Assembly (NCBI RefSeq): GCF_009914755.1
Contig: NC_060927.1
Source: the human T2T-CHM13v2.0 reference genome, Homo sapiens
Direction: 5' to 3' (one strand)
Length of the DNA: 64,000 nt
Within the stretch, counting starts at the first letter, position 1. Every line of letters starts with the position of its first letter. Of this stretch, positions 26,711-41,145 are shown one piece after another. Made by a program: the position numbers and the translations under genes. The notes below the pieces were generated by a model that saw nothing but the letters and a program-made list of their open reading frames with translations, was not told where the DNA came from and made no database searches.

Positions 26711-27105
26711 TATATTAGGCCATTTTTGCATCACTATAGAGAAAAGAGATTTAATTGGCTTATGGTTCAGCAGGCTGTATAGGAAGCATGGCACCAGTAT
26801 CTGTTCTGCTTCTGGTGAGGGTCTCAAGGAGCTTTTTTGACTTATGGCAGAAGGTGAAGCAGGAGCGGGCACTTCATGGTAAGAGAGGGAGTAAGAGGGA
26901 GAAAAGAGAGGTGCCGTGCACTTTTAAACAAGCAGATCTTGTGTGAGCTGAGTGAGAACTAACTTATCACTAAGGGGGCAGTGCTAAACCATTCATAAGA
27001 GATCTGCCCCCATTATCAAATCACCTCTCACCAGGCCCCACCTCCAACACTGGAAATCGCATTTCAACATGAGATTTGGAGATGACAAACACTCAAACCA
27101 TATAA
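26711..27105 (-). mobile_element. MSTB-like MaLR solo LTR
   Basis: Contains tttaattggcttatggttc...ggaagcatggcaccag...ccaggccccacctccaacactgg...caaaccatat. TSD AATGA/AATGG. Confidence 0.85.
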
Positions 27106-27204
27106 AATGGCGAAAATATAAAAAGATGCTATCTTTCACCGATCATCAGATGCCTTATGGTCTAAGCTGAGAGAATGAGTTTAGCCCCTTTTTCCCATCT
27201 ACCA

Positions 27205-27330
27205 GCACAATGGTCCTTAAACTTTAGTGCCCACAAGAATCACGGTGGAATTAGTAAAAATGATAATCTGAAGACCCTACTTCCAGAAAGTTTGACTCAG
27301 TAGGACACAGGTACGCTATAATTTTCCAGA
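27205..27330. mobile_element. MER5A-like hAT MITE fragment
   Basis: Contains caatggtccttaaactttagtg...agaatcac...gaccctacttccaga...tgactcagtagg. Confidence 0.55.
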
Positions 27331-27448
27331 TATTTCTGGTTATTGTCTCTGAGAATGACCTTTAAGTAAAGTGAAACTTCATCCACAGTCTCAGCATAAC
27401 CTTGCAGTTTCCATAGCTTGATCCAAGCATAATGATCCTTTCAGAATA

Positions 27449-27660
27449 TAGGCATATCTCAGAGATACTGTGGATTCTCTGCTAGACTACCACAATAAAA
27501 CAAATATGGCAATAAAGTGTGTCACAAAAATATTTTTGGTTTCTCAGTGCATATAAAATTTATACAATGCTATAGTCTGTTAGGTGTGCAATAGCATTAT
27601 ATCTTTAAAAAACAATATACATACCTTAATTTATAGACACTTTATTGCTAAGAAATGCTA
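27449..27660 (-). mobile_element. Tigger1 terminal fragment
   Basis: TA followed by (c/t)aggcatatctcagagata...gactaccacaataaa...tttctcagtgcatataaaa...tttattgctaagaaatgcta, matching a Tigger1 end. Cut off by the L1 5' end. Confidence 0.85.
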
Positions 27661-27661
27661 A

Positions 27662-30600
27662 GGACCAGCAAGTGGAGCAAGATGGCAGAATAGAAAGTTC
27701 CCTCAATTATCCCCCAACCCCCACTCAAGGAGAACAGGTTAACAACTATCTCTACAGAAAAAACACCTTCATAAGAACTAAAAATCAGGTGAGCACTCAC
27801 AGTACCTGGCTTTAACTTCACATTGCTAAAAGAGGCACTGAAGAGATAGAAAAAAACAGTCTTGAATCACCAAAGCCACCACTCCCCCCTCGGCACTCCC
27901 ACACCACCTCCCGCCAACCTCCGGCAGCAGTGTGGTGCAGAGAGCATCTCTGGGCACTGGGGGAGAAAGAACAGAGCAATTGTGAGACATTGAACTCTGT
28001 GCTGTTCTGTTCTGTTAGAGCGGAAAGGAAACCCAGAGCAAACTCAGCTAACGCTACCCACAGAGGGAGCATTTAAAACCAGCCCTAGCTAGAGCGGCAT
28101 CAATGATCCCAATGGTCTGAACTTGAGCACCCACAAACCTTTCCACTGAGGGCCAAAATGCTCTTGGTCTCTAAGTAAACTTGAAAGGCAATCTAGGCCA
28201 TAAGGACAGCAAGCCCTAGGGCTGAAGTGGTCCCAGAGACAGTTGCAGGGAGCAGAGGTGGGGACACTGCATACTGAGACACCACTTGGGATAGCAAGAG
28301 AGGGCTGGCATCTCTCCCCTAAGCTGCACAGCTCACAGCTCCAAAAGAGACTCCTTCCCTCCCCTTGAGGAGAGGAAAAGCAAGAGTGAAGAGGACTTTG
28401 TCTTGCATCCTGGATACCAGCTCAGCTACAGCAGGATAGGGCATCAGTCAGAGTCAAGAGGCCCCCATTCCTGGCTCTAGCTCCCAGACAACATTTCTAG
28501 ACATACTCTGGGCCAGTAACCAGGGAGTGGTTATAGCAGGTTTTGGTCAAAACCCAGCACTGTGCTGGTTTCAGGTCTGACCCAGCACAGACACTGTGGT
28601 GGTGGCTACAGGGGTGCTTGTGTCACTCCACCCACAGTTTTAGGTGGCTCAGAACAGAGATAGAGACTCTATGTTTGGGAGAAAGTAAGGGAAGAGAAGA
28701 AGAGTCTTCCCCTGATAATCCAGAGAATTCTCCCGGATCTTATCCAAGACCATCAAGGTAGTACCTCTATGGGTCTGCAAGAACCACAGCGTTCCTGAAC
28801 TTGGGATTCCCCCTAAAACAGAAACAGCTTAGATCACAACACCAAAGTCATTTCAAATATCTGGAAAGCTTTCCCAAGAAGAAGAGCTTCAAATAAGCCA
28901 AGACAGTGAAGACTGCAATAAGCGTCTAACTCTTCAATGCCCAGACTCTGAAGAATGCCTACAAACATCAACACCATCCAGGAAAACATGACCTCACCAA
29001 ATGAACTATGTACAACACCAGGGACCAATGCTGGAGAAACAGAGATATGTAACCTTTCAGACAGAAAATTCAAAATAGCTGAGTCGAGGAAACGCAAAGA
29101 AATTCAAGATATTACAGAAAAAAATTCAGAATTCTATCAGATAAACTTAACTAAAATATTAAAATTAAAGAAACAATCAGAAATTCTGAAGCTGAAAAAT
29201 GCAGTTGGCATGCTAAAGAATGCACTAGAGTCCTTTAATAGCAGAATGGATCAAGCAGAAGAAAAAATTTAGTGAGCTTGAAGACAGGCTATTTGAAAAT
29301 ACACAGAGGAGACCAAAGAAAAAAGAATAAAAAACTGTAAGCACACCTACAGGATCTAGAAAATAGCCTCAAATGGACATATAAGAGTTATTGACCTTAA
29401 ACAGAAGGTAGAAAAAGAAATAGGGCTAGAAAACTTATTCAAAGTGATAACAGAGAACTTTGCAAACCTAGAGAAAGATATCAATATCTAAGCACAAGAT
29501 GGTTCTAGAATACCAAGCATATTTATTCCAAAGACTACCTCAAGATATTTAATAATCAAACTCCCAAAAGTCCAGGATAAAGACAGGATTCTAAAAGTGC
29601 AAGAGAGAAGAAACAAATAACATAAAATGGAGCTTCAATACATCTGGCAGCAGATCCTTCAATGGAAACCTTTCAGGCCAAGAGAGAGTGGTATGACATA
29701 TTTAAAGTGCTGAAGGAAAAAAGAACTTTTATTCTAGAATAGTATATCCAGTGAAAATAACCTTCAAACATGAAGAAAAAATAAAGATTTTCTGAGACAA
29801 ACAAAAGCTGAGGGATTTCAGCAATACCAGATCCATTCTACAAGAAATGCTAAAGAGAGTACTCTAATCAGAAAGAAAAAACATTAATGAGCAATAAATA
29901 ATTACCTGAAGTTACACAACTTACTGGTAATAGTAAATACACAGAAAAACTCAGAATATTATAACACCGTAACTGTGGCATGCAAACTACTCTATCCTAA
30001 GTAAAAAGACTAAACAATAAACCAATCAAAAATAATAACTACAACAATTTTTCAAGACCTAGTGAGTGCAATAAGATATAAAAAGAAACAACGAAAAGTT
30101 AAAAAGTGGGGGGATTAAGTTAAAGTCAGTTTTTATTAGTTTTCTTTTTGCTTGTTTGTTTGTTTCTTCATGCAAATATTGTGAAGTTGTTTTCAGGTTA
30201 AAATAATGGGTTATAAGATAGTATTTGCAAACCTCATTGTAACCTCAAGCCAAAAACCATAAAATGGATACACAAAAAAATAAAAAGCAAGAAACCAAAT
30301 CTTATTACCAGAGAAAATCATCTTCACTAGAGGAAGACATGAAGGAAAGAAAGGAGGAAGAAAAGACCACAAAACAATCAGAAAACAAATAAAGAAATGA
30401 TAGTAATAAGTCCTTACATATAAAAAAAAACATTGAATGTAATGGCCTAAACTCTCCCACCAAAAGACATAGGCTGAATGGGTGAAGAAACAAGGCCCAT
30501 TGATCTGTTGCCTACAGACAACACATTTCACCTGTAAAGACACACATAAATAAAAAATAAAGGGGTGAAAAAAATATTCCATGCCAGTGGAAACCAAGAA

Positions 30601-32767
30601 AGAGCAAGAGTTGCTATACTTATGTAAGACAAAACAGATTTCAGGACAAAAACTATAAGAAGAGACAAAAAAAGTCACAATATAATGATAAAGGGGTCAA
30701 TTCAGCAAATGGATATAACAATTTTGAATATATATGCATCCAACAAGGGAGTACACAGATATATAAAAGTAATATTATTAAAGCTAAGAGAGAGATAGTT
30801 CCCAATATAATAATAGCTGGAAGCCTGGCTTGGTGGCTCATGCCTATAATCCTAGCACTTTGGGAAGCCAAGGAGGACAGATCACCTGAGGTCAGAAGTT
30901 CAAGAGCAGCCTGGCCAACATGGCAAAACCCTGTCTATACTAAAAATACAAAAATTAGCCGGGCATGGTGGCACATACCTGTAGTCCCAGCTACTCAGGA
31001 GGCTGAGGCACCAGCATAACTTGAACCCAGGAGGCGGAGGTCGCAGTAAGCCTCCCAAAATCACACCATGGCACTCTGGCCTGAGTGGCAGAGTAAGACC
31101 CTATCTCAAAATAATAATTAATAATAATAATAATAATAATAGCTGGAGACTTCACCCCACTTTCAGCATTGGACAGATGTTCCAGAAAGAAAATCAACAA
31201 ACATCAGACTCAACCTGCACTATAGACCAATGAATCTAATAGATGTTTACAGACCATTTCATCTAAGAGCTGCAGAATACACATTCTTTTCCTCAGCATA
31301 TAAATCATTCTCAAGGATAGACCATAAGTTAGGTCACAAAGCAATTCTTAAAACATTCAAATAAATTGAAATAATATCACACAACTTTTCTGACCAATAT
31401 TGAATAAAACTAAAAACTAATAACAAAAGGAATCTTGGAAACAATACAAATATATGGAAATTAAACAATATGCTCCTGAATGACCAGTGGGTCAATGAAG
31501 AAATTAAGAAGGCAATTGAAAAATGTATTGAAACAAATGATAATGGAAATACAACATACAAAAACCTATGAGATACAGGAAAAGCAGTACTCAGAAGAAA
31601 GTTTATAGCTATAAGTGCCTACAACACTTGAATTAAACAATCTAATGGTGCATCTTAAGAACTAGAAAGCAAGAGCAAACAAAACCCCAAATTGTAGAAA
31701 AGAATAAAGTTCAGAGCAGAAATAAATAAAATTGAAATAAAAAATATAATATGAAAGATTAGTGAAACAAAAAGATTTTTTTGAAAAGTTAAACAAAATT
31801 GACAAACCTTTATCCACACTAAGAAATAAATAGAGGATTTAAACAAATGAAATTTAAAAAAAGACATTACAACTGATACTGCAGAAATTCAAAGGATCAT
31901 TAGAGACTACTATGAGCAATTACATGCCAACAACTTGGAAAATCTAGAAGAAATGGATAAATTCCTAGATACATACAGCCTACCAAGATTGAACCAAGAA
32001 GAAATCTAAAATCAGAACAGACCAATAACAAGCAACAAGATTGAAGTGGTAATCAAAAGTCTTCCCATAAAGAAAAGCCCAGGACTTGATGGCTTCCCTG
32101 CTGAATTCTACCATATATTTAAAGAACTAATATCAATCCTACTCAAACCATTCTGAAAAACAGAGAAGGAGGAAATACTTTTAAACCCATTCTATGAGGC
32201 CAGTATTATCCTGATACCAAAACCAGACAAAGACACATAAAAAAATAATTAAAAAAAAGAAACCTACAAGCCAGTATTTCTGATGAATATTGATGTAAAA
32301 ATCCTCAACAAAATACCAGCAACCAAATTCAACAATATATTAGAGTGGTCATCCATCATGACCAAGTGGGATTTATCCCTGGGATGCAAGGATAGTTGAA
32401 TATACACAAATCAATCAACATGATACATCATATCAACAGAATGAAGGATAAAAATTATACGATCATTTCAACTAATGCCGCAAAAGCATTTGATAAAATT
32501 CAACATCACTTCTTGATAAAAAAAATCCCTCAAAAAACTGGGTATAGAAGGAACATACTTCAACATAATAAAAGCCATGTATGACAGACACACAGCTAGT
32601 ATGACCCACATCATACTGAATAGGGAAAACTGAAAGCCTTTCCTCTAAGATCTGGAACATGACAAGGATGCACACTGTCTCCATTGTTATTCAACATAGT
32701 ACTGGAAGTCCTCACTAGAACAGTCAGACAAGAGAAAGATATAAAAGTCATCCAAATTGGAAAGGAC
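27662..32767 (+). mobile_element. L1M1/L1MA element with intact 5' UTR, ORF1, long inter-ORF spacer and ORF2 truncated in RT; 3' part missing
   Basis: 5' end gagcaagatggcagaatagaa. ORF1 remnant NTIQENMTSPNEL...LESFNSRMDQAEE (~28940-29890). ORF2 from ~30398 (EN and RT: [19 protein letters not shown]). Homology stops abruptly at atccaaattggaaagga. Confidence 0.9.
30822..31140 (+). mobile_element. AluSx-like with (AAT)n tail, inserted in the L1 ORF2
   Basis: Alu dimer. TSD ataataatagctgga on both sides. Confidence 0.93.
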
Positions 32768-34261
32768 ACATAAATGTAAATAAATGTCTTTTCTCTTAGC
32801 TTAGTTAGTATCATTTAACAAATTGTTATGTGCTCTTTTCTTTATAAGCTTTTGTCCTTCCTGTGCTTTTAATATGATAAATATTATTTAGTAATTAGGA
32901 AATCTTAACAGAGATTCCTAACATACCTACTTATCTCATTACCACTGAATGTCTTGCCTGCTGAAAGAATTCAGCTCAACGCTTCTCTATACACAAATGC
33001 AGGTCTCTTGAATTTTACTCCTACTAAACTGAACAGGTCTATTTATCTAACTGCAATCCCTTGAACACCAACAATTAAAGGTGCAATGAAAGACAAAAGA
33101 GCATTCAGTCTCAAGCCCTACCTGGAAGATCTTAAAATCTAATGAGAGAGAAAAAGCTGATACATAACTAACTAACAAACAAACTATTAACAAATGCTAT
33201 GGAAAAAGTGCAGGTAAAATGTTAGAAGAAATTAAATCTGCCATAATTTTCCTTACATATGTTTGCCTAAAGACTCAAAGAAATGCCTAAAAAAAAAAAA
33301 AAAAGGCAATTTCAATAGTTCTATTTCATCTGTTCTTTGTGAGCAAAAAATCCCCTTAACATTAATGTTAGTTGATTCACATTTTATTCATAAATCTTTA
33401 CTATTTAATTATAATACATAAGTACATAATTAAATGTTCATGCCCAAATCCTAGAATCCAAACACGTTTCTTTTTTTGAAATTGTAAGACCTTAATTTTA
33501 TACTCACCTGTCCACCTACCAAGATTCCTAATATAACAATTTGGATTTAAGCAACAACTTGTATTCAAGTGTAAGATATAATCTTGGTAATTTCAGTATG
33601 GTACTGAGTACTCTTTTATAGTATGTTCCTGAAACCCATATTGTTCCTATTATTTGTTATCTGATCCCTTAATATTAGATGATGCCCTCTGAAAACCTTC
33701 TTTTATTCCTAAATTTGCAACATAGTTTGTAGCATTTAGAGGCAAATAATTTCCTTGTGTAGCTTTGCTTTTCCATCACAATTTTAAGGTTTCAATCTTC
33801 ATGATATGTTTGGAGGATAAATTGTACAAAACAAATTATTTTCCTAAGTATCTAGGGCATTTTGTAGAGTTAAACAGATTTTTAAGGGATGGAATTATTT
33901 GAGGGATAAGTATGACATAAAACCCACTAAAATACTCCTTTTACCCCTCAAATTGAAAATAAAGGATTTAAATAAATGTGGAGAGGTAAGAATAACATCA
34001 CCAGGTAGCACCAATGCCAATTGGATATAAAAATGATTTCAAGCAATTGTCAATCAAGCGGTCATCAAGCCTAATTAATATTAGAACTGACATTATTTTT
34101 CCAGTTTAATAACACGGAGTTGAGTTACATTACCTGCTACAACCAAGGAGAAACCACAGAAACCACAGAATATTTAATATTTACTGGAAAACATTATTTA
34201 TTGGCCTGACTTTGATCGAACTATGTAATAATTACCTGAATTTAAACAGTATATTTACAGT

Positions 34262-34440
34262 AACCAGATGTGGACCCAAGTTGTAGGGTCCCAAAGTTTC
34301 TATAATTTGAGGGATCCCTTTATAGTAAATAACACAAAATTATTAATACAAACTTGTGTACAAAGTCTTGAAATATTTCAAAATGAGTGAGAGGACCTGA
34401 AGCATAAGCATCCTCAGCTTCATTGCGATACCCTGTGACC
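34262..34440. mobile_element. MER53-like hAT MITE
   Basis: Contains ctataatttgagggatcccttt...aatacaaa...ggacctgaagcataagcatcctcagcttcat. Confidence 0.55.
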
Positions 34441-34609
34441 AAGATATACAATGTTTACTGCAATATGTTTGGTTTTAGACCATACAGAGGTTCACTAAGT
34501 CTTCCTAGACAACTTAACCTTTGAAGATTATAAGATACTCTGTCTACTGGTTGGATAGGCTAGGCTACTTCAATTTAGGATATGCAGCTGTCTTCAATAT
34601 TCTTTCAAG

Positions 34610-34791
34610 CAATAATAGCTTAAAGCTCTGTCTCTGTAGTCAAATTTCTGGGACTTGAATCCTTACTCTACCCTTCTTGTGTGACCATGAGCAAATTACC
34701 TAACTACTGCTCAGGCTGCTTGCTCATCTGTAAAATAACAACAATAAGAATGCCAGTTTCATAGGATTGTTGGAGAATTAAACCATGATGT
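34610..34791 (+). mobile_element. MIR, 5' part (resumes at ~41146-41215 after the L1PB)
   Basis: tgtgtgaccatgagcaaattacctaac...ctcatctgtaaaata...cataggattgttggagaattaaa. The MIR tail continues after the L1. Confidence 0.75.
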
Positions 34792-37700
34792 GCAAAATGG
34801 TGGATAGAAGGCAGGACTAAATTGCAGCTCCCACTTGGATGGACAGAGCCATGTGTGGAGACTCACATGGTGAAATTTTGCTCCAGAACTACTGCAGGAA
34901 TACACCAGGAAAGCCAAGAGAATCCACAGACCCTCCGAAGGAAGTGGATTCCTCCTGCAGGACCCAGAAGACAGCCCAAATAGTGAGTGCACAAATTTTG
35001 AAAGTGGGAAACGGGCATCATGTGCTCCCAAACACACACCCTCACTGGGGAACCTGAAGATCTAGATTATGGGAGGGTTTGACCTTACCTGGAGCTGAGT
35101 CATATTAGACAGCCAAGTGAAATACAGGGGTAGAGGACGCAGTGGGAAAAACCCTGTGGGTTCTCTAAGTCCCCAGGAAAGCCATTTCTGACTTGTCTCA
35201 CAGGGGTGTTTGGGGTGGGCTGCCAGAGGTACTGGGAAAAGACCACAGAAAAAAGGAAACCTCCAGCTGAACTTCCTAACAATTCCAACCGAATGTGAAG
35301 TCTCCTGGCCAGAACTTGCAGGAGGGCATGAATCTAGTGTGCAGACTCAACAGGCAGGGGGATGCAAAAGCCTTGCTTGCTTTCTCAGCTGGGAGGCTTA
35401 TAGCCTTGGGCAACTTGACAGCCATGTTCACCCACTGCTTGGAAACAAACTCAGTGCTGTTGGTGGGGGTATGGTGGGAGTGAGACCGGCCTTTTGGGTT
35501 GCAAGGAAGCTGGATGAGGCCTGTAACTGCCAACTTTCCCCAACTTCCCTGAAAACCTGCATTACACAGCAGAGGCAGCCGTAATCCTCCTGGGAATATA
35601 ACTCCATTGACCTGGGAACCACATCCCAAGCCCAGCCTAAGGAGGGTCTGAGCTCAGAGACACCTAACCCTGTCCCCACCTGATGGTCCTTCCCTACCCA
35701 CCCTGGTAGCTGAAGACAAAGGGCATATTCTCTTGGGAGTTCTAGGGCCCCGTTCACAGCCTGATCCTTCCCTATACTACCTCAGCTGATGCTCTCTTGG
35801 AAGCACCACCTCCTGGCAGGAGGCCAGTCAGTGCAAAACTAGTGCACTAAACAACTGCAACTAAGGACCCTCACAGAGTCCATTTCACTTCCTGCCACCT
35901 CCATCAGAGTACAGTGCTGGTATCCATGGCTGAGAGGCCTGAAGATGGTTCACATCACAGGACTCTGTACAGACAACCTCCAGTACCAGCCTGGAGTCTG
36001 GCAGCCCTGCTGGGTGGCTAGATTTAGAAGAGAAATAACAATCACCTCAGTTCTGCTCTCAGGAAGCCACATCCCTAAAAAAGGGGGGATAGTACTACAT
36101 CAAGGGAACACCCTGTGGGACAAAAGAATCTGAACAGCAGCCTTGAACCCCAGATCTTCCCTCTGACATAGCCTACCCAAATGAGAGAAAAACAGAAAAA
36201 TAATTCTGGTAATATGACAAAAAAAGGTTCTTTAACAACCCCCACCCCAAAATCACACTAGCTTACCAGCAAAGGATCCAAACCAAGAGGAAATCCCTGA
36301 TTTACCTGAAAAAGAATTCAGAACGTCAATTATTAAGCTAATCAAGGAGGCACCAGAGAAAGGTAAAGTCCAATTTAAGGAAATTAAAAAAAAAAAAAAG
36401 ACACAAAGTATGAGGGGAGAAATCTTCAGCAAAATAGACAGCATAAATAAAAAATAATCACAACTTCAGGAAATAAAAGACACAGTCAGAGAAATGAAAA
36501 TGTACTGGAAAGTCTCAGCAATAGCATCAAACAAGCAGAAGAAAGAACTTCAGAGCTCAAATATAAGGTTTTCAAATTAACCCAATCCAACAAAGACAAA
36601 GAAAAGAGAATTTAAAAAAATGAACAAAGCCCCCAAGAAATTTGGGAGTATGTTAAATGACCTAACCTAAGAATAATTGGCATTCCTGAGGAAAAAGAGA
36701 AATCTAAAAGTTTGGGAAACATATTTAGGGAAATAATCAAGGAATACTTCACAGGCCTTGCTAGAGACCTAGACATCCAAATACAAGAAGCTCAAAAAAA
36801 AAACCTGGGAAATTCATCACAAAAAGATCTTCACCTAGGTACGTTGTCATCAGAATATCTGAAGTCAAGATGAAGGAAAGAATCTTAAGAACTTTGAGGC
36901 AAAAGCACCAGGTAACCTATAAAGGAAAAACTATCAGATTAACAGCAGATTTCTTAGCAGAAATCCTACAGACTAGAAGGGATTGGGGTCCTATCTTTAG
37001 CCTTCTTAAATAAAACAATTATCAGCCACGAATTTTCTGTCCTAAGCTTCATAAATGAAGGAAAGATACAGTATTTTTCAGATAAACAAATGCTGAGAGA
37101 ATTCGCTACTAACATGCTGGCACTACAAGAACTGCTACAAGGAGTTCTAAATCTTGAAACAAATTCTGGAAACACATCAAAACAGAATCTCTTTAAAGCA
37201 TAAATCTCACAGGACCTTTAAAAGAAAAATACCAAAAAATATAGGTATACAGGTAACAGCATGATGAATGTACCTCACATCTCAATACTAACATTGAATA
37301 TAAATGGCCTAAATGCTCCACTTAAAAGATATAGAATTGCAGAATGGTTAAGAATTCACCAGCTAACTATCTGCTGCCTTCAAGAGACTCACCCAACACA
37401 TAAGGACTCACATAAACTCAAGTTAAAGGGGTGGAAAAAGACATTCCATACAAATGGCCACCAAAAGCAATCAGGAGTAGCTATTCTTATATCAGAAAAA
37501 AACAAATTTGAAGCAACAGCACTTAAAAAAGACAAAAAGAGACATTATATAATGATAAAATGTTACAGTCCTAAATATATATGCACCTAACACTGGAGCT
37601 TCCAAATTTATAAAACAATTACTGCTAGACCTAAGAAATGAGATATACAGTAACACAAAAATAGTGGGGTCTTCAACACTCCACCGACAGCACTAGACAG

Positions 37701-40700
37701 GTTGTTAAGACAAAGTCAATAAAGAAACAATGGATTTAAACTATACCCTACAATAAATGAACTTAACAGATATTTATAGAACATTCTACTCAACAACTGC
37801 AGAATACACATTCTATTCATCAGCACATGGAACTTTCTCCAAGATAGACCACATAATAGGCCACAGAAAAGTCACAATAAATTTAAGAAAATTGACATTA
37901 TATCTAGTACTGTTTCAGATGACAATCAATCAAGATGGAAATTTAAAAATTCTTTGAACTGAACAATATAGTGGCACAATCTATCAAAACCTCTGGGACA
38001 CAGCCGAGACAGTGCTAAGAGGAAATTTCATAGCCTTAAGTGTCTACATCAAAAAGTCTGAAAGAGCACAAATAGACAACCTAATGTCACACCACAAGGA
38101 ACTAGAGAAACAAGAACAAACCAAACCCAAATCCAGCAGAAGAAAGGATATAACCAAGATCGGAGCAGAACTAAATTAAATTGAAACAAACAAACAAAAC
38201 CCATAAAAGATAAATGAAACAAAAAGCTGGTTATTTGAACAGATACATACAATTGATAGACCATTAGCAAGATTAACCAAGAAAAGGAGAGGATCCAAAT
38301 AAGCTCAATTAGAAACAGAATGGGAGATATTACAACCGACACCACAGAAATACAAAAGATCATTCAAAGCTACTATGAACACCTTTACATGCATAAACTA
38401 GAAAACCTAGAGGAGATGAAAACATTTCTGGAAACATATAACCCTCTCAACTTAAATCAGGAAATATTAAAAACCTGAACCAACCAATAACAAGCAGAGA
38501 GATTGAAATGGTAATAAAACAATTACCAACAAAAAAAAGTTCAGAACCAGACAGATTCACAGTTGAATTCTATCAGACATTCAAAGAAGAATTGGTACCA
38601 ATTCTATTGGCACTATTTTACAACATAGAGAGAGAATCCTCTCTAAATTATTCTATGAAGCCCATATAACCCTAATACCAAAATGAGGAAAAAACATAAT
38701 AACAAAAGAAAACTACATACCAATGTTCCCGATGAACATATATGCAAAAATCCTTAACAAAATACTAGCTAATTGAATCCAACAGCATATCAAAATAAAA
38801 TCCAATATAATCAATTGGATTTTATACCAGGGATGCAGGGATGTTTTAACATACACAAGTCAATAAATGTGATATGCCACATAAACAGAATTAAAAACAA
38901 AAATTATATGATCATCTCAATAGATGCAGAAAAAGCATTTGACAAAATCCAGTATCCTTTTATGATTAAATCCCTCAGCAAAATCAGCATAGAAGGGACA
39001 TACCTTAAGATAATAGAAACCACCTATGGTAACCCCACAGCCCACATAATACTGAACACGGAAAAGTTAAAAGCATTCACTCTGGGAACTGGAGCAAGAC
39101 AAGGATGCCCACTCTTACCACTTGCAACATAGTACTGGAAGCCTTAGCCATAGCAACCAGACAAGAGAAAGAAATAAAGCCCGTCTAAATTGATAAAGAG
39201 GAAGTCAAACTGTCACTGTTTGCTGATGATGATATTGTATACCTACAAAACCCTAAAGATTCCTCCAAAAACTCCTGGAACTGATAAATGAATTTGGCAA
39301 AGTTTCAGGATACAAACTTAATGTACACAAATTAGTAGCTCTGCTATACACCGACAATGACCAAGCAGAGAATCAAATCAAGAACTCAAACCCTTTTACA
39401 ATAGCTGCAAAAAAAAAAAAACCTTAGGAATATACTTAACCAAGGATGTGAATGACCTCTACAAGTAAAACTACAAAACACTGCTGAAAGAAATCATGGA
39501 TGACACAAATGGGAACACATCCTATGCTCATGGATGGGTAGACTCAATATTGTGAAAATGACATTATGCCAAAAGCAATCTACAAACTCAATGCAATTCC
39601 CATCAAAACACCACCAGCATTCTTCACAGAACTAGAAAAAACAATCCTAAAATTCATATGGAACCAAAAAAGAGCCTGCATACCTAAAGCAAAAGTAAGC
39701 AAAAAGAATAAATCTGGAGGCATCACATTACTTGATTTCAAAGTATACTATAAGGACATAGTTACAAAATAGCATGGTACTGGTATAAAAATAAGCACAC
39801 AGACCAATGGAACAGAATAGAGAACCCAGAAATAAACCCAAATACTTACAGCCAACTGATCTTCGATAAAGCAAACAAAAACATAAAGTTGGAATGACAC
39901 CCTATTCAACAAATGGTGCTGCGATAATTGACAAGCCACATGTAGGAGAATAAAATTGGATCCTCCTGTCTCATCTTTTACAAAAATCAACTCAAGATGG
40001 ATGAAGGACTTAAATCTAAGACCTGAAACTATAAAAATTCTAGAAGATAACATTAAAAAAACCCTTCTAGACATTGGCTTAGGCAAAGATTTCATGACCA
40101 ATAACCCAAAAGCAAATGCAATAAAAGACAAATAGGTGGGACTTAATTAAACTAAAGAGCTTTTGCACAACAAAAGGAACAGTAGCAGAGTAAACAGACA
40201 ACTTACAGAGTAAGAGAAAATCTTCGCATTCTACACATCTAACAAAAGACTAATATCCAGAATCTACAAGGAACGCAAACAAATTAGCAAGAAATAAACA
40301 ATTCTATCAAAAAGAATGCTAAGGACATGAATAGACAATTCTCACAAGAAGACATACAAATCGTCAACAAACATATGAAAAAATGCCCAACATCACTAAT
40401 TATCAGGGAAATGCAAATTAAAACCACTATGCAATACTACCTTACTCCCGCAAGAATGGCCATAATCAAAAAATAAAAAATAACAGATGTTGGAGTGGAT
40501 GCAGTGAAAAGGGAACACTTCTACACTGCTGGTGGGAATGTAAACTAGTACAACCACTATGGAAAATGGTGTGGAGATCCCTTAAAGAGCTAAAAGTAGA
40601 ACTACCATTTGATCCAGTAATCCCACCACTGGGTGTCTACCCAGAGAAAAAGAAGTCATTATACAAAAAAGATATTCGCACATGCATGTTTACAGCAGCA

Positions 40701-41145
40701 CAATTCAAAATTGCAAAAATGTGGAATCAACCCAAATGCCCATCAATCAATAAGTGGATAAAGAAACTGTGATATATATATATATATGTGATGGAATACT
40801 ACTCAGCCATAAAAAGGAATGAATTAATGGCATTCACAGCAATGTGGACAGAATTGGAGGCTAGTGTTCTAAGTGAAGTAACTCAAGAATGGAAAACCAA
40901 ACATCATATATTGTCACTCATAAGTGGGAGCAGAGCTATGAGGATGTGAAGGCATAGTAATGACACAATGGACTTTGGGGACTCGAGGGGAAAGGGTGAG
41001 AAGGGGTTGAGCCATTAAAAGACTATGTATATTTCTCAGGTGATGGGTGTACCAACATCTCACAAATCACCACTAAATAACTTACTTATGTAACCAAATA
41101 CCACCTGTTCCCCAAAAACCAATGGAAATATTTTTTTTAAAAAAA
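34792..41145 (+). mobile_element. Full-length L1PB1-like LINE, ORFs disrupted
   Basis: L1PB 5' UTR (aaatggtggatagaaggcaggacta...gcagctccc). ORF1 ~36181-37203. ORF2 from 37261 (PHISILTLNINGLNAPLKRYRIAEW...; FADD at ~39220). L1PB1 3' UTR. TSD aaa(c/g)catgatgt. Confidence 0.95.

Noticed and set aside
33278-33304. aagaaatgcctaa plus poly-A, resembling the missing L1 TSD and tail
   Set aside because: The order is wrong (poly-A should precede the TSD) and there is no L1 3' UTR upstream. It is probably a chance match.
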